Shown here: piece by piece, positions 1-12,865 of the stretch
Position numbering within the stretch: position 1 is the stretch's first letter
Layout of the letters: each line of letters opens with the position of its first letter
From: the human T2T-CHM13v2.0 reference genome, Homo sapiens
Length of the DNA stretch: 64,000 nt
Assembly: GCF_009914755.1 (NCBI RefSeq)
Contig: NC_060934.1
Strand: one strand, 5' to 3'
Notes under the pieces: model-generated
The model's database searches: none
The model's input: only the letters and a program-made list of their open reading frames with translations
What the model was told of the DNA's origin: nothing
Program-made: the position numbers and the translations under genes

Positions 1-2744
1 AATGCTGGAAGAGCACAGAGTGGAAGGGATTAATTTTGAATCATGGGACCAGGGAGGTCTTCATGGAGAGAGAAGGAGGTGTCTGGGAGAAGCCTTGAAG
101 AGCACACCACATCACCTTCCTAGTTTCTTCTAGTTTATTTTGCCTACATCAACAGCTCTTTTATCCCTGTTACTTTCCGTGTTCTAAACAACATCAAACT
201 CAACATCAAATTACTAGTAATCTCTCATGTTAAGCCAGAATTTAGAAGAGAAGCAGAGATCTGGCACAGGGGAAACAGGCATTGATGTAAAGGAATAGAT
301 AGTGAGTTTAAGTTATACAGGCAGGACTTAATACATGTCCAAAGTTTTCCTAGGTTACTTGCAATGACGATGACTTTGGTACATTTTTATTACTTACAGA
401 AAGATAATTTTAAAAAACACTTTAAAAAAGCAAAGCCAGTCTTGTATTTTTACCTTTCACCAGTGGGCAGAAAATATTGCTCTGGGCACATGAGTGCTGT
501 TGTAAGTGTGCTCTGCAGGATTTGAGCAGGTGATAGAACTCATCCATTAATACACAAAGTTCTGCACTTTTTTTCCTACCAGACAGCAGCAACAGCCATT
601 TGATTCAAAGGGAGGGGAGACCCAACAGAGGGACAAGAGACTAGAAAAATAATACGGCTGAACATTTCTAATTAACACCTGGAGTTACCTTGTGGTTTCT
701 TCAGAAATAGAGACGAGATCAGGATATACCAGGCACCAGTCTGCTAAGAGCACAGACTAGCTCAGCATGAGCCATGTCAGGACAGAAACGAGGAGACATA
801 TTCTGTTCAAGGGAGTTTCTATCAGAGCCAGTCCATAACTACCTTTTTTCTTCTGAATACTGAAGTCACCTAAGGGGATTGCTTTGAGAGATTGCCCTTC
901 TTTACAGACTCCCCTTTGGCAATTTGAGCTCCAGCCACGAAGAAACAAAGCTATTTAATTTCAGAACCCAGTAGTTTCTTTATGACATTTGGCAGAAACA
1001 AAAAGTGAGAAGTTGTAGAATGAGCTGCTTGTAGACATTGGTTGTTACAGGGTAAAAGTGTCGGGGGGGCTTCAATCACAATAAACGTCCTATCAACCAT
1101 TATAAATAATGTGCTCAGGAATGAGAAAGGACCTCAGAAAGGAGCCTAGATGAAGCAATGTACTTTTATGGTTTAGTAAGCTGAGCAATAGGGCAGGACT
1201 CTAGAGATTCTAAACTATCACTATGCCCTGAAAGAACAAGTCATTTACTGAACTCTGCTCTTTTGCCTCATTGGGAAAGCATGAAGCACGATCACTGCCC
1301 CACCTTGCAGGGTGACGCAGAAGGAGAGCTAGGAGCCATCCATGTGCAAGACATAGATATAATGTCCTTCTCTTGCCACTGAGCTTTCCTTTTAATTTTA
1401 ATTGTTCTCTGCCAATTTCTGAGAAAGAGAATGAGGTGTCATGTATTCTGGAGGCACAGAAACTTGGCTTTGCAGAAGGCAGCAACTTATGAGGACAGAG
1501 GAAAACTATCTCTTATCATATAATTAGCACATAACCATCGATAGCTAATTCAAACACTTATGGAAAGCAAAATAACATTTCTCTTTCTCACTCAACCACT
1601 TATAAGTGATAAAAAGCAAGAGGACAAGAAATGGGGAGATAAGTTAATTCAATTTGCAAATGCAATGGTAAAACGTGTTCTCTGCTCACCCAAACTTCTT
1701 CCAAGACAGACAGAGAAAGTCAGAGTTCTGTGTCTAACTTTACTATAATTTTACAGTAAATAACCCTAACCCAGTAATGTAGGAGAGGTTCATGTCACCA
1801 ATAGGCCAGGTAATGGATATATTTCAAACAAGACAATTTAAGCTGAGTTTATGTTCATTCCCTATTTATGCCTGTCCCCCTTTCAGCGTGCCCTGGATGG
1901 CTTTCTTGTCACCGTGTGCACGGAGACTTTCCTGATTGGCTTTAACATCCAGTTCCCGCTTTCTAAATCCTCAATTGCTTGACCACTGACCTTTCCCTGT
2001 CCTGAATGTTATCACTAAAACTTCAAAGAGCATGGCTAGGACACACAAAGAAGTAAAAAACACACCACTAGAGGATGAAAGACTAGAAAAGAATGAGATC
2101 AGCACTGTTGATTCTTAAATCATCAGTGGATAACCACTTTATGAAAGAGATCCATCCCCAGAAAAAAAATTATTCATAAAATGAGTTTCTTGAACACAAA
2201 TCTTACTTACAAGGGGCCATCATTATAAATTCAGCAAATGTATTATTTCTTATACACACAGAAACACACAACTCAGTATCTAGGTTTAGTTCTTAGAGAA
2301 AGGAATTGATTAAGATAAAGCCCTGTTCTTTATATACCTGGCATTATAAAACTCTATCAGTCTCTGTCTCTTGGGAGTCATATCCTCAAACCTGGGGCTC
2401 GCTTTTCCCAATTTCTACCTCTGCAAACAAGGGCCCAATTGCATTCAACTCCAAACCCAAACCAAGTAATTCTTTCTTATGTTAAACTAAGCCAGATAGA
2501 GTTTCCACACTTGAGCTGTCACTGGGTCTCCTCTCTCTTCTGTTGTCCTCTCTCCTTTTCTCTCCCTCTTTCCTGCCCTCTCTAAATCTGGTTTCTAACA
2601 ATGTCTAATAGAACTGCATTATTTGATTTGCCGAGCATTTTTGTTGCTGTTGATGGAAAAAGAACACATATATCCTTTTCACAATGCAACTGTCAAAGGA
2701 CAGAAATAACAACCTTCCTATAGTGGAAATATGTCCACGGACCT

Positions 2745-2922
2745 TGTGTTTTGTTTCCTTGTTTAGAGAGGAGTCTCACTATTCTCCCCAGGCCGCAGTG
2801 CAGTGGCTACTCACAGGCATGGTCATCGCACTCTACAGCCTCAAATTCCTGGCTTCAAGCAATCCTGTGGCTGCAGCCTCCCAAGAAACTGGGACTACAG
2901 GCATGACCCACAGTGCCTGGCC
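2745..2922 (-). mobile_element. FAM (fossil Alu monomer, 7SL-derived SINE)
   Basis: Single monomer ending in cctggcc. It carries gcagtggctactcacaggcatggtc, the antisense of the FAM/7SL segment GCCTGTGAATAGCCACTGC that dimeric Alus lack. Confidence 0.85.
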
Positions 2923-2959
2923 TTACTGGCCTTGTTTTAAAGATATGTAAGAGACCTAA

Positions 2960-3279
<320 letters not shown>

Positions 3280-3504
3280 TAAAATCAACTTTTATTCAAC
3301 ATGACAGAGAACTAGGGATTTCTGGTTAATACACATTCTGGCTAATATATAATTTTTATTTAAATAGCCAACATGGATTGTCATTCAAAAAACCTAGAAC
3401 GTGTTAGTATATTATTAACAAAGAAATTACCTTGACTATAATTTTCTTCGATGATTCAGAAGGCACTTCAGGCTGTCTTACTATCTCAGGAAGTAGGAAT
3501 TCCC

Positions 3505-3695
3505 AGTGCATAATGCCTGAGTTTGAATCCCAGCCCTGTCACCCATCTGTATGGTCCTGAGCAAGTTACTCACCACTTTTATGCTTCAGTTTCCTTATCA
3601 GTAAAATGGGACAATAATACTTATCTCATAGGGTGGTGAGTTAGAATATAGAACTGTGCCTGTCACATGGAATCCAAAAAATAAATGTTAGCAAT
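3505..3695 (+). mobile_element. MIR
   Basis: gtttgaatcccagc ... cttcagtttccttatcagtaaaatggg core ... aataaatgttagc end. Confidence 0.8.
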
Positions 3696-5059
3696 CACAA
3701 ATACTGGAATTACTAAATACCATTATATGAAAGTACTGGCTGACATGAAATTTTCATTTATAGTTCCAGTTACCTAAGATTTTATTTTCAGGTAATACAA
3801 TTTAAAGCATTTCAAATCTTACTCTGTTTGAATATCAAATGGCAATAAGGTAAACACAATTTTGCAACTTTTTCGAGAAAACTAGGGACATCACCAACTA
3901 AAAAAGCACATTGCTAATAGCGCTGCACCGGGTTTTTATCACGTGCTAAAACTCTTCCCTATAATGCATCTTGTGATGGAAAACCAATAAGTAATTTTTA
4001 TATTTTCATTGATCTGAATTTGTTTCTATGATTAGTGTTCATATAAAAATTCCTTAGCATAATCTAAATCATCTCTAACACAAGACATAAAAACCTGTCT
4101 TTGTTGTTTTCTCACTAGAACCTAGGGTTACAAGCAGGCCAGCCAACAAGCTCAAAACAAGGGACTTCACTCCACAGAACTAGAATGAGGCCAAAAGCAA
4201 ATCCCACGCACACATTATAAAGACACTCTTTCAGCAACAGTGACAAATGCAAGCATTCTAGTTTCGCTGAAACTGTGACATGATATGGCTATAGTTTCCT
4301 ACACAATCTTATTTTTCAATGTTCTTTATTTCAAGATAAGGACCTTGAAACAAAAGCAATTACTTTGCTTTGTTTTCCACTGTTTAAAGGCATTATCTCT
4401 GGTTGAGACAAAGGCTCTATGCTGCCTGGTAACTGCCCAGATGACAGAAGAGATGCACACAATCCCAGTAAAACAAGAAGCCCAGATTTCCTGGGAGGTC
4501 ATAAGTGACAACAAAAGAAAAAGTCACTGAAACGCTGTGGATGTCAGGTTCAAGGACCTGCAGCTCTGCTCTTGTAAAGAATCCAAGGGATTCTGTATAC
4601 AGGATGGGCCTGTTTAGGGCTTTGACTATGAGCTTTATTATGAAAGGACCTTTGGAGCAACAGGAGATGAGACAGTAATGAATTCTGTAAAATGAAAGGG
4701 ACCTCAGAAGTCCGTCTGGCACATCCTTCTACCATCAAGCAGGCTTATGATCCACAAGCCAGAGAGTAGAGACCCTACTTTATTTTATGCTTTTGGATGT
4801 TAAAAACAAAAGTAGATTAAAAAAAAAAACCCTCAGTAATCTACTCACAGACTTGAGAGTAGACGTTCTACTAAATGAAATAAAATTGAATTACGAAGTA
4901 CATTAGAATGCCAGAGATTTGATTATTATGAGGGTCAAAGAATGCTTCTGACAGATGACACAGTGGTCTTTAATCTACCATGTGTCCTCATACACAGAAT
5001 CCTTATCATTGATAGCACATAGCTGTACTCTAGCTGACAAATCGCCTGCCAGACCTCAT

Positions 5060-5077
5060 CACACACACACACACACA
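5060..5077. repeat. (CA)n microsatellite
   Basis: Short CA run seen directly. Confidence 0.9.
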
Positions 5078-5224
5078 GTATCCCATATCAGATATGTACA
5101 CATGCACACTGGAATATTAAAATGTAGACAGAAGGATGGAAATGACAATGAGGATCTGAAGTTTACATGCTGTCTTCAGAATGTTTTATCCATCTGATTT
5201 TCAATCATTTATAACACATCCAAT

Positions 5225-5335
5225 AATCTGTTTTCCCCTCATCTGTAAAAGTGGGGTACTAGTACTGAGGAGGGTTCTTGCGAGATTAAAGTTAATTAAA
5301 AGATGAGAAAGCCATTTGAGGATAGCAAAATGTAG
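5225..5335 (+). mobile_element. MIR fragment
   Basis: ttcccctcatctgtaaaagtgggg MIR core. Confidence 0.6.
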
Positions 5336-6869
5336 AGTGAGGCAAATTTCTTTGCTGTAATTTTTTATTGTCATGTACTTAGTGAAGCCTCAGACGTAGC
5401 AAACCTAAAAATGGAAGCTGCCAGACCTTCTCTGCACTCTGTTCAGACAGGATGGTTCAGTCCTCATATTTCCCAACATCCTCTCAGGCCTCAAGGACCT
5501 TCCTTGGGATCAAAGTCATTTTTCTGTGCTCAGGAAAAGGAGCTGCCCAATCTATATCTTTGCCAACAACCCTTTTCCCTTACTTTGTGATATTTGTGAC
5601 CATGAGTCCCCGGCTCACGGTTTTCTCCTCTCTTGACACTTGCAGTCATGTTTACTCTTAGACAATATCTTTTTACATGAAAAAATGTACTAAATGTGAC
5701 TCATTTAGCACTTCCTTTATTATCTCATACCGTGTCTTTCTTTTCAATGAGATTTTTAAGGAGCTTTAAAAAATCATATTTTAGTTAATTTTATTGAATC
5801 ACAAGCCTCTAAACTAATGTCTTAAAAATTCTCAATAAATGTGTACTGAATGAAGTCCTCACATTTTCAAATATCTTTTCCCTTTCTCTTTCCAAGTTAA
5901 ATAAAAAAATTTATCTTCTGTTTCTACTCCAGCCAGATATATCTATGAGTAAAAAATAACAGTAATTTTGCCTGACAAGTATAAGAGCTATGCTAGTGAT
6001 GTATTCCATCAAGAAAAAGGAAAGACAATTTTAAAGAAAATTAGACATAAAAATGAACCAGTTCACTCTCTGCAAAGTAATCTGATGGTGTTTAACGAGA
6101 ATTTTTACCATTTCTTATCATCTGTATCAGGGAAGAACATATACAAACAAAAGATAAAGGATAAAAGAAAAATAACTTGTTCAAAAACATCCATAATGAA
6201 TACTTACAACATGAAAGGTAAAAGGAATAAATTCCCAAGCAAACATTAGTATGGTATCATAACAAAAAACTACATATCTAATTAAAATGCTTACTTTCAG
6301 TGTATGAAAGAAGAAAAATGACTATTTTCTAGTAATAGTTTAAAAATTTAGAACACACTATTTTGTAGTAAAAGAGATAATAAAGATGCCATCCATCAGG
6401 TTTTTCGACATCTCTTATGTAAAAGCCAATGCAATACATCCCATTTATACTACAGTACAAGAGAAGAAAACCCTATAATTAAAAAGCCAACATTCTTCCC
6501 TTTTTAAGATGATAGCAAAAGCTCCATAACTCGTTATGTTTTCCTTTTTGCCTTTTGTGAACAAGTCAGAGCAAAATGTAAGGCTCCAATACAACAGATC
6601 TTGAGTTCTGGTCTAATTATTTTCACTCCTTTCATTATTTGCTTGCTTTATTTCTCACATAACTTATGGCTTCATTTTATCTCTCTCATATAATGTTAAA
6701 ATAACTTAAAATTATTTTGGAAATAAGTAGGGCACACTAAACACATGAATGACTCATTAAAAACTGCAAATATGCTGATTACATGGCAATAGAGAAATAC
6801 GTTAACAGAATAAGGTTAAGTGAATAATATATGTGAAATAAATATTAGAAGAGAATCTGAGCGGACATA

Positions 6870-7070
6870 TTGGTAGCTAACCTTTATTGAGATTTTACTC
6901 TGCATTAGACACTGTTAAATGTATGTCACACTTTATTATATCAATTAATCTTCATAGCCATCCTCTAAGGCAGGTATTGGCACCCCACCTCCAAGTCCCT
7001 CATCTTTAGATGAGGAGACACATAAAGAAATTCACTGATCTATCCAAATTCATGCAGCTAGGAAGCTACC
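6870..7070 (-). mobile_element. MIR
   Basis: tttattgag ... catctttagatgaggagacac ... atgcagctaggaag, matching antisense MIR. Confidence 0.7.
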
Positions 7071-9169
7071 TGTGTACAATTTTAATATGTAGAGTTTATT
7101 TTCTTAACTTCAAAGAGCTTAAATTTATAACAATAATCTTTATTTATAAGGAGAATTGACATTGAATTTAATCTCTTCTAAATTTCATGGAAAAATACAA
7201 GCTATCCCTTTGATCTTCAGCATATTTTGCTAACATTAACATTTTTAATTTATTAATATTTCAATAGTATTGTTTTCTAGTATTTCAACCACAACATGGC
7301 AGAGGAATGAGGTGGATGAAATTAGTTTGGGTGGTGGCACATTTAGGTTATAATTACAGTTACTTTAATTATAATTATAATTATAAACATAATTATAATT
7401 AAGGCACCTTTTTAATTAAAATACTCATGAAAACAGAAGGAGATGTAATGTTAAATCACCACAGGAAGCTAGAACTCTTGATCACCCATCTACCATAGCT
7501 AACGATAATTAATGCAGCCTAGCTGGGACATGAGGTCAGAATTTCAGAGCCAAGAAACTGGAAGTTAGCTGCTCAAACACCCCAGGGAGACTTTGCCACA
7601 AAAGAGAATGCAACTGCTCTATTGTGATCCGATTTGCAAAGCACCTGGGTTTATGACATGCCTCTATTACCTCCTTTCCTCTTACGTCAGTATCTCTTTT
7701 CTCTCCAATTCCCATAACTCAACAAGATCAAGGATACTGCATCTTGAAATGTGAAGTCAGTGGTAAGGATGTGTGAAGACACAGGTGTTTTTTACAGTGT
7801 TTCAGTCTGCTGTTTTGTTTTTGTTTTTTCAAATAATTCTTTGAAAAGGGGGAAAAATCCTATTGCCTATTTCAAATTACCCAGGAATAAATATGCTTCT
7901 ATAAAGCCAGACAATCAGCCAGAGGAAGTAGATGACCTTTCCTTGACTCGTAAGAACCTTACTAGGCTCTGTGAGAGGTTCTGTGATGAATGACTGTGAG
8001 ACACCACAAAGTTAGCTAAGAGAGGAATATGTACCAGTATAATTATATTCCTACATACATGCTTATGCACATCTGTAAAATATGCATCAATAAATATAAA
8101 AGTAAATGGGTATGGGTATGGGTAGGTAAGGAAAAGCATCAACATGCAAGGAGTTACTTCTGATTAGTGGAATATGGGAGTCTTTGTTTTCTTCTCTAGT
8201 TGATTTTCCATTTTCATGTTTTCTAAAATAGGTAGTCATTTTAAAATAAAACTGTTTTAGAAAAAGCTTCAGAAGAAATGGGGATACTTGAATACTTGTA
8301 TGTTACTATTTCTATGAGAGGAGAGCACTCCAAGCTTGTGGAAAGCTGACAAAGTTCTGCAGGACAAATCATTTAAAATCATTTAAAAGCTGGTAGCTTT
8401 TCCCATTCTGGTTAATAAAAAGTAACCATGTGTACCATATCCAGAAAAACCAATTCTCAAGCACTAGGATGTCTGACACTAGAAGATGTTTAATGCAATT
8501 TAATATCCTTTTGATAATTTGAAAGGCAATTCACAATCTCATGGTTCCTCATTGTCATCATAAAAAACAAATTCTCACTGACTATGAGTCTAAGATAAGC
8601 CTGGTTATTTGAGTTTTCATTTTTGTGTTCTTCCTGACAGGGACTTAGCTTTATATGTTTAACAATTTATATGAGCACATGTGGATGCAGATGGTAAGAT
8701 TGTGACATCAATCCTTAGCTCTCTTATACCAAAGTTACATAGCTGAATGAATTTGCAACTTCTTCCTCATTCCCCCATATTCCCAATGAGAAATGGAGAG
8801 TTCATGACAGTAACTCTCTGGCTGCATTGAAATCTGAGTGCATTTTAAAATACTTGAAATGAATGTAGAATGGGAAGAACAGTAAAGATATCAGACTTAA
8901 AATATTCAGTAGAATTCAACACTTTCTAGGCCTCATTGAGTCGAAAGACATTAACCAACCATCTTCATTATTTATACCCCTATTCTATCCCCACTCCTTT
9001 CACTAATAGTTTTTATTCACAAATCTTTAAAATCCTTTTAGACAGCAATCTGTGGTTTTCAATTTTCCTTTTGAAAGGAGTTGAAGTCATTTCTATTTTA
9101 ACATGTAAACATTTTTTCTTAGCTAGGGATAGAAAAGATTGAATACGGTACCAGCAGCTGGGCCTTACC

Positions 9170-10150
9170 TTCTTAGAATCCTAAACCCCGATCTGGAAGG
9201 GACATTAGAAATGATTTATCCTTATTTGTCCCGCCCTCATCTCCTCTGACACCCACAATCAATTAATGCATTTGGCTTGATTAATTCTAAGTCTTCAACA
9301 ACCTGACACTCAAAGATATACTTTTCCTACCCGGGGGAAATGGTGAGGAAAAGCAAATCCACTCTAGCTCACAGTTCCCGCTATTCCCAAGAAAACACTG
9401 TTTGGGAGCCAGAGGTGATAACCAGTAAAGTGACTGCTCTGCGAAGCCTTTTCTCCAGTCTGCTTCCCATCATGCTCCAGTTTATGTAGGCAATCTTGTA
9501 TACTGACCTGCATTTATATGCTGGAGTTTTATTCATACTTAATCCTCTGAAGGTGTATTTTTGAACATCTATCCAGAAGTGAGATCTACTAAATTCTTTC
9601 CTTCTCCTCTCTTGCAGACAGCAACCTGTTTTGGTGTTGATAAACTGTGTTATATATTTGTGTAATTATGCCATCTCTGTAAGCTCTACAAGACTTTATT
9701 ATACATGCCTACTAGTCCTGGAACAGATTAGAAGAATTAACTATTTTTGCAAATAGCTTCCATCTCTATGATCTCCATCCATCTTCAAGACAACCACGAA
9801 GGGTAGTCACTGTGATTTTTATTTAATAGAGGAAGAAAGTGAATTTCAGGGTTTGTGCCTAAGGACACCATCTAAATAGTGGCAAAGCAGAGTAGAGAAC
9901 CTGAGGGAAGGCAACTCCGGCCCCCAAGCACTGTTTCCCTGGGAACAGCTGGAACTATGAGCTCGAGTGGATTTGCTTCTCCTCACTGTTTCCCTCAGGT
10001 AGGAAAAGTATATAATTGACTGACAGGTTGTTGAAGACTGGGAATTAGTCAAGCCAAATGCATTAATTGATTGAGGGTGGGGGGAGGCAGGGATGGGATG
10101 GATAAGGGTAAATCATTTCTAATATCTCTTCTGGTTCAGAAATCCAAGAA
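9170..10150. repeat. Long imperfect inverted repeat (arms ~9170-9417 and ~9912-10150, ~495-bp spacer)
   Basis: Hand alignment: the reverse complement of 9301-9417 matches 9912-10028 ungapped with ~20 mismatches in 117 nt. 9256-9280 is the exact reverse complement of 10049-10073. The outer segments also align (ttagaaatgatttatccttat / ataagggtaaatcatttctaa). Confidence 0.93.
9770..9930 (-). mobile_element. MIR fragment in the spacer of the inverted repeat
   Basis: atttaatagaggaagaaagtgaa ... tgcctaaggacac ... aaatagtggcaaagcag resembles antisense MIR. Confidence 0.55.
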
Positions 10151-10339
10151 ATGTCTGTAACATGAATGAGCATTCACTTTCCCTACCAACACCACAGAGC
10201 CTAAGCGAGCTTTGCACACACTCGGTATCCCTAACTAATGTTTTGGCTCAGCCATGAGAATGCAGCAAATCGTATTTAATAAAAAGAGCCACGGTTAACA
10301 CTGAGTGCTTCAAAACTTCTAATATTATGCTGAACATTT

Positions 10340-10356
10340 TCTTTCTCTCTTTCTTT

Positions 10357-10388
<32 letters not shown>

Positions 10389-10483
10389 TTCTCTCTTTCT
10401 CTCTCCCTCTCCTCTCCTCTCCTCTCCTCTCCTCTCCTCTCCTCTCCTCTCCTCTCTTTCTTTCTTTCTTTCTTTCTCTTTCT
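10340..10483. repeat. Compound (TTTC)n/(TCTCC)n polypyrimidine microsatellite derived from the Alu tail
   Basis: Essentially pure C/T tract lying between the Alu body and its TSD. Confidence 0.92.
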
Positions 10484-10762
10484 TAGGGTCTGGCTCAGTC
10501 ACCCAGGCTAGAGTGCAGTGGCGTGATCTCAACTCACTGCAACTTTCGCCTCCAGGGCTCAAGCGATCCTCCCACCTCAGCTCCCCAAATAGTTTTGTTT
10601 GTTTGTTTGTTTGTTTGCTTTGTTTTTGTTTTGTATTTTTTGGCAGAGATGGGGTTTCTCTATGTTGCTCAGGCTGGTCTCGAACTCCTGAGCTCAAGAG
10701 ATTCACTGGCCTCCGCCTCCCAAAGTGCTGGGATTGCAGGCATGAGCCACCACTCCCAGCCC
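10484..10762 (-). mobile_element. AluJ
   Basis: J-type features (ggctcaagcgatcctccc, ctatgttgc). Linker expanded to (GTTT)n. TSD ta(t/g)gctgaacattt at 10326-10339 and 10763-10776. Confidence 0.9.
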
Positions 10763-10779
10763 TAGGCTGAACATTTCAT

Positions 10780-10940
10780 CCATAATCCCATTTAATCCTG
10801 CCAGAAATGCTAAGGATGAGTACTATAATTTCTCTCATTTTAAAAAGTTGAGGCTCAAGCTCCCAAGCTCAGTGAGTAGCAGAGACAGGATTCAAACCCA
10901 GACTGTTTGATTCTAGCACCAATGGCTTAACCAATACCTT
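10780..10940 (-). mobile_element. MIR
   Basis: catttaatcctg ... tgaggctca ... ggattcaaacccagactgtttgattc. Confidence 0.7.
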
Positions 10941-12599
10941 CTCATTCTAATAAAAACATATTTCTCTAAACCTTCATAAAGTAAGCACTCAGTCTCTACA
11001 GAGACTGAATCTTTGAAGAGAGGTGGAACTCTTAATGGTCACTAATATTTTTATGACTTTTTTTCAAGTGTTAAGTTTGCATCAAATTAATCTACCTGAC
11101 TCCTTTTCTCATTTGGTCTGGAATGGAGAGGGCAGTTGTAGCTCTGAGCCCATGCTTGGGGTTCCAAGCATCATGATCACTTTCTATTGCCATTTATTCA
11201 TGAAATATCTTCTACACTTAACCCTGGAGTTGTCACTGTACTTTGATCCAAGAGCCTCTAATCCCTTCAGGCAGAAAACTACTCTGTGAGTTGCTACCAT
11301 GTTCATTATCCTTCAATTGTTTTACAAATAAAAATGTTTTTGAGTGAAATGGGAATGTGTTATGCAAGCCGAAAGGAAATCTAGAAATATTACTTAGTAT
11401 CTTTAGTCTTCCTTTTCAAATATGGTATCTATCTGAAAGTGAAAAGCCGCCATCTGCTACAAGGCTCTACAAACGAGTCTATTGCACTAGACACTGGAGA
11501 CTCAAGGCTAGTGAGGAATGAAGTACAATGATCAAGTCATTGAGTTAATTATCATTAAGCTTTGACTCTCATCTTAAGATTCAAATGTATACTTTGTTGT
11601 AGTAATTTAATCATTTCTATTATTTTTTTAACACTGTCCAAATCCTTTTAGTAAAAACTCAAAATGGGACTGAGTTCTCTAAAAAAAGATTGAGAGCTAT
11701 AAAAGGAGGGAGAATAAATAGTGTGTTCCCAACCATATAAATGGAAGGAAAGGAGAATTGACACTGTTGACTTGTCATCTTGGGATATGGAAAATCATCT
11801 TTCTAGCCATAGTTGGGCCCTCTGTAATATAATCTTGCTTACTAGTTAGCCAACCCTAATACTAGAGGTGGGATTATCACAGAGAAGTTCTAGCCCTATT
11901 GTGTCAATCACAGCTCTTTGCTAGTTAAGGAACAACTCAGAGATATAAAAAATTGGGAATGTGGGAGGGGTACAGTAAAACCACAGACAGTTTATTTGAA
12001 AGGTAGCATTGTTTTATGGGAGCTGGCTGAAACTCAAACTCATACTGGAGATGAAGCAGCTCCAGAGATTTCAGCTGTGGGATTTTGATGTCATTTTTCC
12101 TGAGTTCTGGCATTCATGGACTCACCTGCTCTCTAAATGTGTACTATCATTTCTCCTTACTCCTTACTGACATATTAATAGTTTCCCTGGATTCAAATCC
12201 AAACCTTAGGAAAAAGAGTGGCTACTTAGTTCAACTTAACTTTTTTTTTTTTTTTTCCAACAGGTTGCTGTGCAGTTTGCAGACACTTATCTGGGTAACC
12301 ATCTCCTAATCCTTGCGTGTATCTGGGAAAAGATCATATTGGCCTCATAGACTTGTTCCTGCTGCAAAACTGCAGGTAGCAACAGTCCCTTTGAAATGGA
12401 AAATAAATTAGTTGAGAACTCCAAAACATCCCGGTGTAATTGGTGTAATTTTTGTATGCATATAACTATATTGATAAGATATAGGGAATGCTGTGTGCTT
12501 TTTAGGAAGAGTAGGCATGAAATTGAGTCCATAAATACAGCTTTTTAGAAACTGCTACTTTCATGATTTTATATAAAATGATTTAATTTATCATTAAGA

Positions 12600-12865
12600 G
12601 AGGCATGCAACAGCACATAAAAGCAACTGGAATCGGACTGAGTTCAAATACCTGTTCTTTCAATTATTAACTGTGTGATCTTGAATAACTCACTTTACCT
12701 CTCTGATTCTCATTCAGTTTCCTCATCAGTGAAATGGAGATAATAAATAGTACCAACCTCACGTGAATTGTTGTGAGGATTACATATTTGTTAAATAAAT
12801 AAATATATGCTAGTACTCAGAAAGTGCCTGGCACATTAAGAGTGCTATCTCAAGTGTTAACATTA
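12600..12865 (+). mobile_element. MIR (near full length)
   Basis: gagttcaaat ... tgtgtgatcttga ... cagtttcctcatcagtgaaatggagataata ... agtgcctggcaca. Confidence 0.85.

Noticed and set aside
10248-10770. Long ORFs (152 and 147 aa) with charged or hydrophobic low-complexity runs
   Set aside because: They are translations of the AluJ and its microsatellite tail, not genes.
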